From a virus, in IMG/VR virus record IMGVR_UViG_3300012928_003129, positions 12,182 to 76,181 of that record: DNA of 64,000 nt. One strand, given 5' to 3'. The notes below the pieces were generated by a model. The model was not told where the DNA came from. It saw nothing but the letters and a program-made list of their open reading frames with translations, and did not search any database. Position 1 is the stretch's first letter; every line of letters begins with the position of its first letter. This document shows positions 29,222 through 37,626 of the stretch, piece after piece. The position numbers were made by a program, and so were the translations under genes.

Positions 29222-29794
29222 TTGATAGGTTGGAATGAAGATATAAAAAGACATTTAGGACATTGTGGAGAAAATGTTTTTATAGGACATAATACAATGT
29301 TTGCAAACCCAGAGAAAGTGTTTTTGGGTGACAATGTTAGAATTGATCCTTTTTGTTGGATTAGTGCCGGCCTTAAAACTGGGAACAATGTTCAAATAAC
29401 TTCTCATGTTGTATTGGGTGGTGGATCATGCAGTACTATAACTTTAGGAGATTGGACTTTTGTTGGCTATGGTACTAAGTTCTTTTGTGGGTCAGAGGAT
29501 TATAGCGGCGAGCACGGCCCTGTAAACGACTTTTGGGGTAATAATAAGGTATACAGAGGGGATATCACAATATCTGATTACGCTGGCGTTGCTAGTGATG
29601 TAATGGTAATGCCCGGAGTGACCATTCCGGAAGGGTGTACTATAGGTGCAAAATCTTTTGTATACACTAGGAACGCACTCACACCATGGAGTGTCTGGAT
29701 AGGCAACCCTTTAAAGTTTCATAAAGATAGAAACAAGGAAAGGGTCTTAGAATTAGCTAAAGACAAACAATTTTTAAAGGAGAAGTGGAGATAA
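29222..29794 (+). CDS. left-handed beta-helix sugar acyltransferase
   Basis: Hexapeptide repeats (LGDNVRID, PGVTIPEGCTIGAKS, GNP); TTG start. Confidence 0.88.
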   Translation: MIGWNEDIKRHLGHCGENVFIGHNTMFANPEKVFLGDNVRIDPFCWISAGLKTGNNVQITSHVVLGGGSCSTITLGDWTFVGYGTKFFCGSEDYSGEHGPVNDFWGNNKVYRGDITISDYAGVASDVMVMPGVTIPEGCTIGAKSFVYTRNALTPWSVWIGNPLKFHKDRNKERVLELAKDKQFLKEKWR

Positions 29795-30657
29795 TGTTTA
29801 CAGACTCAACAAACAGTATGAATATGCCGTGGGTACATTCACCAGTTTTTAATAGTATTTTAAATAATCTAGATATTTCAGATGAGCAAAGAGAACTTGC
29901 AGAAAAATTCAACAAAGACGGTTATGTTGTGGTGGATCTAGGACTTTCAGATCAAGAGATAGAAACCTTAAAAAAAGAGGTTTTGGAGTCGGAGCACAAA
30001 CAACAGGAAGAGTTTTACCATTATTCTGACTCTCCAAGGGTTTTTGAGGCTTGGAGGAAGTGTGAAAGTGTAGTGGACATAGCCCTGCATCCAAAGATAG
30101 TCGAAACAGTAGAGTTTCTATATGGAAGGAAAGCATTCCCGTTTCAAACAATTAACTTTATGAAGGGCTCCAACCAGCCTATACACAGTGATGCGATACA
30201 CTTTCATACGATCCCTCAACTGTGGGTCGCAGCAGCCTGGGTAGCGTTTGAAGACATGGACGATACTAATGGGACGCTTGCATATTATCCAGGCAGCCAC
30301 AAGATGCCTGTTTATGATTTTAAGTCATTGAACCTTGGACCAACCGCTTATGGTGAGCAAGCAGAAAATTATGAAAAGTATGAACAGTTTATTCGCGAAA
30401 TGATAGAATCAAATAGCCTAGAGAGAAACCTGTTTACTGCCAAGAAGGGCGAAGCTCTTATCTGGTCTGCAAACTTGTTGCATGGCGGCTCTGAAATAAA
30501 AGACGAGAAAAGAACTAGGTGGAGCCAAGCTACACACTATTATTTTGAAGGGTGCGAACACTATTATACACCTATGTTTTCAGATCCATTCGAAGGTTCA
30601 TACGCGGAAAAAGATATAGAAAATAAAAATATAAGAAAAAGGCTAAAAACAGTATGA
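29794..30657 (+). CDS. PhyH-family Fe(II)/2OG dioxygenase
   Basis: HSD, WVAFED..NGTL.YYPGSHK, HGG, R.SQATHY. Confidence 0.88.
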   Translation: MFTDSTNSMNMPWVHSPVFNSILNNLDISDEQRELAEKFNKDGYVVVDLGLSDQEIETLKKEVLESEHKQQEEFYHYSDSPRVFEAWRKCESVVDIALHPKIVETVEFLYGRKAFPFQTINFMKGSNQPIHSDAIHFHTIPQLWVAAAWVAFEDMDDTNGTLAYYPGSHKMPVYDFKSLNLGPTAYGEQAENYEKYEQFIREMIESNSLERNLFTAKKGEALIWSANLLHGGSEIKDEKRTRWSQATHYYFEGCEHYYTPMFSDPFEGSYAEKDIENKNIRKRLKTV

Positions 30658-31625
30658 TTATAAAAGGCTTGGGTTCCTATTTGCCTGACCGGATTTTGAC
30701 AAATAAGGAAATTGAAAAAACTGTAAAAACTTCTGATGCTTGGATTCAAGAGAAATTAGGAATTAGAGAAAGGCGCATCGCAGATGATGAAGTATGCTCT
30801 TCAGATTTGGCTCTAGGGTCGTCTATTAGAGCCCTTGAAGATGCCTCTATGGAAGCTAGTGAGATAGATTTGATTATAGTCGCTACTTCGACCCCGGATA
30901 GGATAAGTCCATCTACTGCATGCATTTTGCAAGAAAAATTAGGAGCTTTTTCCGCCGCGGCATTTGATATAAATGCGGTTTGCAGCGGATTTCTATATGG
31001 TCTCCAATTAGCTTCAGGCCTCCTAAAGTCTGGAACATACAATAATATTCTATTGGTAGCAACGGAGACATATTCAAGAATAACTAATTGGCAAAGTCGA
31101 CAATGTGTTTTCTTTGGTGATGGGTCAGGCGCAGTCGTACTCAATTCTGGAAATGAAGAATCATTTTTTGATTGTCTATTATATGCAGATGGTAAGGGTA
31201 AAGAACACTTCACTGTTAAGGCAGGAGGTTCTTATATGCCATGTAGTAAGGAGACACTATCAGAAAAGCAACACTATTTTAAAATGAATGGGAAACAGGT
31301 ATATGAAACAGGAATAAAGGTTTTACCAGATGCTATTAATCGAGTATTAGAGAAAAATAACATGACGATAGAACAGGTAGATCATTTGGTGCCACATCAA
31401 CCAAGCATTAATATATTAAAAGAAACAGCAAAAATAATAAACTTGCCCTTTTCAAAGGTCGCAACATCGATGCAAGTATGTGCAAACACAGCCGGAGCAT
31501 CAATTCCTGTTACTTTGGATTTATTGAGAAAGGAAAAGGGTATCGAAAAGGGCGCAATGCTACTTTTCGCAGCTGTGGGTTCTGGGTGGACTTGGGGATC
31601 TTCACTGATAAGGTGGGCAAAATGA
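30654..31625 (+). CDS. fabH: 3-oxoacyl-ACP synthase III
   Basis: AVCSGF (Cys), FGDG, MNGKQV, PHQ (His), NT (Asn). Confidence 0.93.
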   Translation: MIIKGLGSYLPDRILTNKEIEKTVKTSDAWIQEKLGIRERRIADDEVCSSDLALGSSIRALEDASMEASEIDLIIVATSTPDRISPSTACILQEKLGAFSAAAFDINAVCSGFLYGLQLASGLLKSGTYNNILLVATETYSRITNWQSRQCVFFGDGSGAVVLNSGNEESFFDCLLYADGKGKEHFTVKAGGSYMPCSKETLSEKQHYFKMNGKQVYETGIKVLPDAINRVLEKNNMTIEQVDHLVPHQPSINILKETAKIINLPFSKVATSMQVCANTAGASIPVTLDLLRKEKGIEKGAMLLFAAVGSGWTWGSSLIRWAK

Positions 31626-32269
31626 ACAGAATAGCATTCTTTGGAGGTACTGGCGGCCTGGGTAAAGAATTAATACCATTACTGTCAGAGGATCACAGGA
31701 TTACAACAATAGGGTCGAAAGACGTAGATATAACCAATAGAGAGCAGGTGTTTGATTTTTTTGCAGAAAATGATTTTGAGGTAGTAATAAACTTTTCCGC
31801 TTTTAATTATGACTCTTTTTTGCATAAACTGGATATGACAAAAACAGACAAAGTAAAGAATCAGTTGGACGTTAATGTGCTTGGCAATGTTAATATACTT
31901 TCCGCGTGTTTACCAATGATGAGAAAAAACAATTTTGGAAGAGTTATTGGAGCTTCGTCTATATTAAGTTCTAGGCCAATTCCTGGAACTTCCTTGTATT
32001 CCGCATCAAAATCTTTTATAGAAACGCTATATAAAACAGCATCTTTGGAAAATTGTAGTAAAAATATTACTTGTAATACGATACAATTAGGTTACTTTGA
32101 CGGTGGGCTTGCTCATAAGATTCCAGAAGAAATCAGGAATAAAATTGTTAAAAGCATACCTTCCAAAAGACTAGGTAGCATAGAAGAGTTAAACTTAGCG
32201 ATCAGATTCTTATTAGGTGTATCGTACATGAACGGCGAAGTGCTAAATATAAACGGTGGATTAAATTGA
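31622..32269 (+). CDS. short-chain dehydrogenase/reductase, FabG-like
   Basis: GGTGGLG, YSASK, IPSKRLG, GEVLNINGG; start ATG 31622 by ATGA overlap. Confidence 0.85.
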   Translation: MNRIAFFGGTGGLGKELIPLLSEDHRITTIGSKDVDITNREQVFDFFAENDFEVVINFSAFNYDSFLHKLDMTKTDKVKNQLDVNVLGNVNILSACLPMMRKNNFGRVIGASSILSSRPIPGTSLYSASKSFIETLYKTASLENCSKNITCNTIQLGYFDGGLAHKIPEEIRNKIVKSIPSKRLGSIEELNLAIRFLLGVSYMNGEVLNINGGLN

Positions 32270-33870
32270 AAGACTTAAAAATTTTATTAATAATGCCCTA
32301 CTTTGAGAGGCCCAAGATGGTAGTAAATGCCCTTCGCAGCATGGAAGATATAGATTATGAAAATTATGAAATTTGCATAGTAGACGATGGCAGTGTAATT
32401 GACCCCATTGAAAAAGTTATGGAACAAAACAACATTTCTATTTCAAATTTAAAAATTTTAAAGACAAACGATTCCTTGGAAAATAAAAAACAGAGAGGTT
32501 CAATCCATGGAAAGTTTATGAATCAAGCAATCCGCGAAAGCGATGCGGATATAATAGTGATGATGAGTGATGATGATGCAGTGCATAGAAATTATTTTAC
32601 AAAATTAAATAAATTTTACAGTTTAAATGATCATGTGAATTATAGTTACGCACACGTTATACCTTTCGATCCGTTTGATCAAGTTCCATGCGATACTTTG
32701 GTTGTCCACAATATGAACAGAAAATGGAACACAACAGCTGCCTCGGGATTAAATTGGACTCACCCCATAAATCCATTTTGTAATGTAGATGCAACCCAAG
32801 TATCGTGGAGATCTTTATGTAATAAAGAGCACAATATATGGTTGCCGGAAGAACAAACAAAAAATCTAGATGCCTCTTTCTACCAAGACATGTTTGCAAA
32901 GTTTGGAAATTGTGTATTTAATGGTTCGATTAGTGTCTACAAGGGGTTCCACAAAGACCAGTTGTCTAATCGCAAAGAAGGAGACCAGTTTTTACCAAGT
33001 GATTCTAAAAACAAAGTCAGATATTTAAGTATATGTACAAACTTTAAAGATGAAGTAAAGTATCTAAAAGAATGGCTAGATTATCATATTGAGATAGGTG
33101 TAGATCATTTCTATCTTTATGACAACAATAGTGAAGACAATTATGCAGAAGTTTTAAAGCCATATTATGATGAAGGTTATATAACATTAAAAAAAGTAAA
33201 ATCAAACCCAGCCAAGCCAAAGGTCTATGAGGACTTTTTGAATAATCATAAATTTGAGACTTATTGGGTTGCATTTGTTGACTGCGATGAATTTATAACA
33301 TTTAAACATGAGAATACAAATGCTTATAAATTTTTTAAAAACTATGAAGATTATCCTGCTGTAGGTCTAAACTGGCTGATGTTCGGTTCATCTAATTTAG
33401 AAAAAAATGAGAACAATTTAGTTCTAGATAAGTTTGAACTATGTAATGATCCTTTTGATCATTCACACAATAATGTAAGTTGCCATATAAAAAGCGTAAT
33501 AAACCCGAGAAAAACAATTCCAAAATATTTAAACCCCCACTTCTGTATCTATGATACTACGCTCTGTTATCCGTATTCGCCCTTGGCTGTAGATACTGAT
33601 CAGGAGTATATCACCGGTGAAAAAAGAAAAGTCGACGGAGAAAAATATTATTTTGCAGCCACCGATAAGCCAAAATTTACAAAAGCATTCATTAGGCATT
33701 ACTGGTGTAAATCTAAGGATGAATTTATAGAACGAAGACTTGGAGCTGCGGAAGACGACACTGGTGGAGTTCAGTATGAAACAATGAAACAATGTGTGGA
33801 AGAATTCGATGAAATGAACAAACATTTCAATAAATTAAATTATAAAAACTTTATAGGAGAAGTATCATGA
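32266..33870 (+). CDS. bifunctional glycosyltransferase (GT2 + GT92/DUF23-like)
   Basis: IVDDGS..SDDD; second domain KDE..YLKEWLDYH..GVDHFYLYDNNSED..DCDEF. Confidence 0.85.
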   Translation: MKDLKILLIMPYFERPKMVVNALRSMEDIDYENYEICIVDDGSVIDPIEKVMEQNNISISNLKILKTNDSLENKKQRGSIHGKFMNQAIRESDADIIVMMSDDDAVHRNYFTKLNKFYSLNDHVNYSYAHVIPFDPFDQVPCDTLVVHNMNRKWNTTAASGLNWTHPINPFCNVDATQVSWRSLCNKEHNIWLPEEQTKNLDASFYQDMFAKFGNCVFNGSISVYKGFHKDQLSNRKEGDQFLPSDSKNKVRYLSICTNFKDEVKYLKEWLDYHIEIGVDHFYLYDNNSEDNYAEVLKPYYDEGYITLKKVKSNPAKPKVYEDFLNNHKFETYWVAFVDCDEFITFKHENTNAYKFFKNYEDYPAVGLNWLMFGSSNLEKNENNLVLDKFELCNDPFDHSHNNVSCHIKSVINPRKTIPKYLNPHFCIYDTTLCYPYSPLAVDTDQEYITGEKRKVDGEKYYFAATDKPKFTKAFIRHYWCKSKDEFIERRLGAAEDDTGGVQYETMKQCVEEFDEMNKHFNKLNYKNFIGEVS

Positions 33871-34079
33871 AATTATCAAATCAAGCAATGGGTGCCATTA
33901 TGATGGCATTACAAAAAAGCCTCTTGGAACAGACAGACATCGTTCCAACTTTAGAAGGTTTTAATTTTGAAATGAACGAAAGAGAGGAACTAATAGTGAA
34001 GAACCCTCCAAATTTCAAAATAGGAACAGATGTGTTCACACCAGGGGCAGAAAAGAAGAGTACAGTTGGATCAGATTGA
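33867..34079 (+). CDS. hypothetical protein
   Basis: AGGAG SD; coupled ORF. Confidence 0.65.
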   Translation: MKLSNQAMGAIMMALQKSLLEQTDIVPTLEGFNFEMNEREELIVKNPPNFKIGTDVFTPGAEKKSTVGSD

Positions 34080-34327
34080 TGCCAGTTTATTGTTACAAAT
34101 GCAAATCTTGTATGAAAGAGTTCGAAGTTAGACATAGTATGAATTTTGAAGAACAAAAATGCACAGAGTGTGATAGTAATGATGTGTTTAAGGTCCCATC
34201 TCTTGGGAAAATAAACAATATTGTATCATCGGCTCCCAAGGCCGGTAAGATCGTTGATGAATATATTCGCGATGTAAAAAAAGAAATAGAAAAAGAAAAG
34301 AAAAAATTAAAATCAGAGGAAATGTAG
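34079..34327 (+). CDS. FmdB-family zinc-ribbon protein
   Basis: MPVYCYKCKSC...CTECDS. Confidence 0.8.
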   Translation: MPVYCYKCKSCMKEFEVRHSMNFEEQKCTECDSNDVFKVPSLGKINNIVSSAPKAGKIVDEYIRDVKKEIEKEKKKLKSEEM

Positions 34328-34328
34328 T

Positions 34329-34634
34329 ATGTGGTTCTGGCTTTTTATAGTAAGTAGTTGTTTAAATATATTGGCCTTATTTTATGTTAGGTGGCTTATA
34401 AGGGTTATAGCGACCATAAATGAAGATATGGAAAATGTATCAGGCTTGGTATCAATGTTCGCAGAGCATACGAAAAGTGTTTATGAATTGGAGATGTTTT
34501 ATGGAGATGACACGTTGAAATCTTTAATGGATCACGCATCCCAGCTTTCAGAAAAACTTTCCAATGTAGATTTAGTTTTAAATGAAAAGGAAATAGATGC
34601 AGAAACTGAAGAAGAAACGCCGCAAGAGGACTAA
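34329..34634 (+). CDS. single-TM membrane protein
   Basis: Hydrophobic N-terminus; GAGGA SD. Confidence 0.65.
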   Translation: MWFWLFIVSSCLNILALFYVRWLIRVIATINEDMENVSGLVSMFAEHTKSVYELEMFYGDDTLKSLMDHASQLSEKLSNVDLVLNEKEIDAETEEETPQED

Positions 34635-35304
34635 AAACAATTATTTTACAAAAATTCATGAAGATGCGATTGTTGAATATGCAAAATCTCTTTGTATAAA
34701 ACAAAGAACTAAGCTTTATGAATCATTAATCCAGCCAGCTTTTGAAGAAATGGTAAATAAGATAATCTTTACTTATAAGTTTAATAATTTACCAAACATT
34801 GACCCATTAAGGGAAGATTGTAAAATTTGGTTAACTACTATTTTGGATAAATATGATCCAAATAAAGGGTCAAAGGCATTTTCTTATTTTTCGGTAGTAA
34901 CTAAAAACTGGTTTATTCACAAGGTAAAGGTAAACTCAAAAAGGATCAAGAGAGAAGTTTCATATGAAAACTTGGTAGAAACCGGCGGATCTGATGTGTT
35001 AGGAACATCAGATACCGAAAGTCAAGATTATATGGAACAGAGAATAGAGACAGAATTTTGGAATGCATTGTTAACTCAGGTAGACAGATGGGATACCGGT
35101 AATTTAAAGCCAAATGAAAAAGCAGTGCTAGAGGCCGTAAAAGTTTTATTATGTAATATAGAAGACATTGAGATTTTTAATAAAAAGGCTGTTTATCTTT
35201 ATCTAAGAGAGCTGACAGGGCTAAATACAAAACAGGTTGTAAATAACCTCAACAAGTTAAGGGAAAAGTATAGGACATTTAAGTACAAGTGGGATAGGGA
35301 ATAA
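34597..35304 (+). CDS. phage RNA polymerase sigma factor (T4 gp55-like late sigma)
   Basis: NYFT..., region-2-like KYDPNKGSKAFSYFSVVTKNWFI, C-terminal HTH-like LRELTGLNTKQV. Confidence 0.75.
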   Translation: MQKLKKKRRKRTKNNYFTKIHEDAIVEYAKSLCIKQRTKLYESLIQPAFEEMVNKIIFTYKFNNLPNIDPLREDCKIWLTTILDKYDPNKGSKAFSYFSVVTKNWFIHKVKVNSKRIKREVSYENLVETGGSDVLGTSDTESQDYMEQRIETEFWNALLTQVDRWDTGNLKPNEKAVLEAVKVLLCNIEDIEIFNKKAVYLYLRELTGLNTKQVVNNLNKLREKYRTFKYKWDRE

Positions 35305-35315
35305 ATTTAATTATT

Positions 35316-35323
35316 TCTAATTA
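35316..35323 (+). promoter_or_regulatory. putative late promoter variant TCTAATTA, 4 nt before ATG
   Basis: Same spacing as copies at 3259, 11201, 12075. Confidence 0.45.
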
Positions 35324-35327
35324 TAGT

Positions 35328-35624
35328 ATGAGTAAGGAATTAAAAAATTTTATAGAAAGAGCTAATCAGAATGTTGTAGAAGACAGAGCGGCAACAAAAA
35401 CACTGCTCATGGCTATTATGAAATATATGCAGACTGGAGATGATAGGCACAAAGAAGTTGGCTTGATCGCTGCAAAATACCTAGAAACTTTACAAAGATC
35501 AAATGAACAACTTGTAAAGCTTGCTTCTTTGGTGCAAAAAAATGAAAGAGGAGAGGCTGGTATAACCGAACAAGACAAACAAGACTTGTTTGATATGATA
35601 AACCAAGTAGAAGAAGATGCCTAA
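35328..35624 (+). CDS. hypothetical helical protein
   Basis: 98-aa ORF. Confidence 0.65.
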   Translation: MSKELKNFIERANQNVVEDRAATKTLLMAIMKYMQTGDDRHKEVGLIAAKYLETLQRSNEQLVKLASLVQKNERGEAGITEQDKQDLFDMINQVEEDA

Positions 35625-36303
35625 CATATTAGACAATGTACAAATTGACGAAATAGTCCGCGCCGCCGGTCACTCAACTCCCCAAATGTCACCAGAACAG
35701 TTGCCTTCAGATGATTTTTCTCCTGGAAGAAACCTGCACGACAAGTTAATGAATACAGCTGATTATCACAATAAAAAGGCCACTAGAAAATATAAAGATT
35801 TAGAATTTGTTGGATTAATCCTGCGAGTTCGAACTCTTGCAAGTAGAAAGCAATTAGAAAATAGAACCAGTCCCGTTTTTTCAAATTATATTCTTGAGAC
35901 ATCTCAAAACAACGATCAGAAAATATATGAACTGTTTGTTCACATTCCAGAAGTATCCGGAATATTACCGCAACCATCCTTCGCAAATATAGTTGATTAT
36001 AAAAACTCTAGACTTAGTGAGTTTGATGAAAAAAAATATGAAATGATCACAAGCAGATTTCCAAGATTCTATTGCACTGGAAAGACCCAACCAGGTATAT
36101 TTGATATATGGAAGGTAAGCTACCCAGACGAAAATTTTCTTTATTTTGGGCGGGCTAATAAATTACACAAAAATGCATCTGCTGTGTTTACGCTGGAATA
36201 CGAAAAAATTCAAAAATATTACAATGAGCAAAATCCCAAACCGAATCAGACTCCAGTCGAAGGCGGCGATATCAGCCTGTCGTCTGTCAACGGGCTTGTA
36301 TAG
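35617..36303 (+). CDS. hypothetical protein (possibly baseplate hub-associated)
   Basis: 228-aa ORF preceding the LysM/spike-like gene. Confidence 0.55.
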   Translation: MPNILDNVQIDEIVRAAGHSTPQMSPEQLPSDDFSPGRNLHDKLMNTADYHNKKATRKYKDLEFVGLILRVRTLASRKQLENRTSPVFSNYILETSQNNDQKIYELFVHIPEVSGILPQPSFANIVDYKNSRLSEFDEKKYEMITSRFPRFYCTGKTQPGIFDIWKVSYPDENFLYFGRANKLHKNASAVFTLEYEKIQKYYNEQNPKPNQTPVEGGDISLSSVNGLV

Positions 36304-36315
36304 GTTAGAATTGTT

Positions 36316-37608
36316 ATGATAAGATATACTGTAATTCCAGGAGATAATTTAACTAAAATTTCCAGAAGGTATGGAATTCCGCTTGCAGATGTTATAGAAG
36401 CAAATCCACAGATAGCGGACCCAAACTTAATATTTCCTGGAGATATTGTTTTCATACCAAATCAGGACCAGCCAACAGAAGTAGACTTCTCTGAAGTTGA
36501 GAGATTGGTGACTCCACCTGTTGAGCCTCCTACTAAATTTATAAAAGGTTTCCATGGAAAAAGTCACAAGTCTTATAAACCATTTAAGGCAGGCCAGAAT
36601 GGTTTGGGCGAAAGTAAACTAGAGGAGCCGATTCCAATATACTTCGGCCGCCCCGGCGATGGCATTTTGACTGCCAAAGGTTTCGAGCCCGGAGTTGATA
36701 ATAATACTATGATAGTATTTGGTAGGGATCGCACTGGCCTTGGAGAAGTGGATGCTTTAAAAAAAGAAGACCGAAAATCTAAATCTGGATATTCTGATTA
36801 TATGGCAGCCGGCGCAATTGACATTGTTGTCGGCAGGTGCTCTCCTTTTCCTCTAAATGTAGAAGGTAAAAGTTATGGACCCCTCTTTAACACCAAGAAA
36901 GAAGTGCCGGAATTGCAAATAGAATTATTAGAGGGTATAAATCCAGAGAACAATAATCAAGCATTTTTAGTTGGTCACCCTGGCACAATAATGGATGCAT
37001 CAAGAATATATATCAGTCAAATGACAGATGTGGATGAGAATTTTGATATTCAAAAATCACTTTTCTCAACGTCAGGACTTTCAACAAGTACACAAATCAG
37101 AACGCCATGCTCAGCAATAATGATAAAGTCAGACAAAGTTAGGCTTCATGCCCGTCAAGACATAAAAATAGTCACTGGAGGTCCCAATGAAACTGTAAAT
37201 TCTCAGGGCAACGATATAACTAATACAGCCGGCGGCATACACTTAATGGCCGGTAATAAACCGTCGCAACAACAGCCCATACCTTTAGGCTACAACCTTG
37301 TAGCTGCTTTGGAGGATTTGTCAAAAAAGATGGATCAGTTATCTGGAATTGTGTATTCTTTCGTGGACAGTCAGATGAAGTATAATAGAACTCTCGGGGA
37401 TCATTATCATCAATCTCCATTCTATGGTATTGCAACATCTCCTTCAATAACAGCTGGACCCCACTCTATAGAGACAATATTGAGCCAATTCAGTCGAGTG
37501 TCTTTTCAATTGGTAAGCTTAAAAAGGAACTTGGGCAAATATCCTAGCAAGTATTTAAAAACTGGAGCGGATAACTATATAAATAGTGATTATAACACTA
37601 CAAACTAA
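36316..37608 (+). CDS. LysM-domain baseplate hub/spike-like protein
   Basis: LysM YTVIPGDNLTKISRRYGI..ANPQIADPNLIFPG; C-terminal IKSDKVRLHARQDIKI beta repeat and HYH motif resemble gp5-like spikes. Confidence 0.7.
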   Translation: MIRYTVIPGDNLTKISRRYGIPLADVIEANPQIADPNLIFPGDIVFIPNQDQPTEVDFSEVERLVTPPVEPPTKFIKGFHGKSHKSYKPFKAGQNGLGESKLEEPIPIYFGRPGDGILTAKGFEPGVDNNTMIVFGRDRTGLGEVDALKKEDRKSKSGYSDYMAAGAIDIVVGRCSPFPLNVEGKSYGPLFNTKKEVPELQIELLEGINPENNNQAFLVGHPGTIMDASRIYISQMTDVDENFDIQKSLFSTSGLSTSTQIRTPCSAIMIKSDKVRLHARQDIKIVTGGPNETVNSQGNDITNTAGGIHLMAGNKPSQQQPIPLGYNLVAALEDLSKKMDQLSGIVYSFVDSQMKYNRTLGDHYHQSPFYGIATSPSITAGPHSIETILSQFSRVSFQLVSLKRNLGKYPSKYLKTGADNYINSDYNTTN

Positions 37609-37626
37609 TATACAAAAGGTCAAGAT

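Noticed and set aside
33867-34079. Acyl carrier protein for the FabH pathway
   Set aside because: Right size but no DSL phosphopantetheine motif
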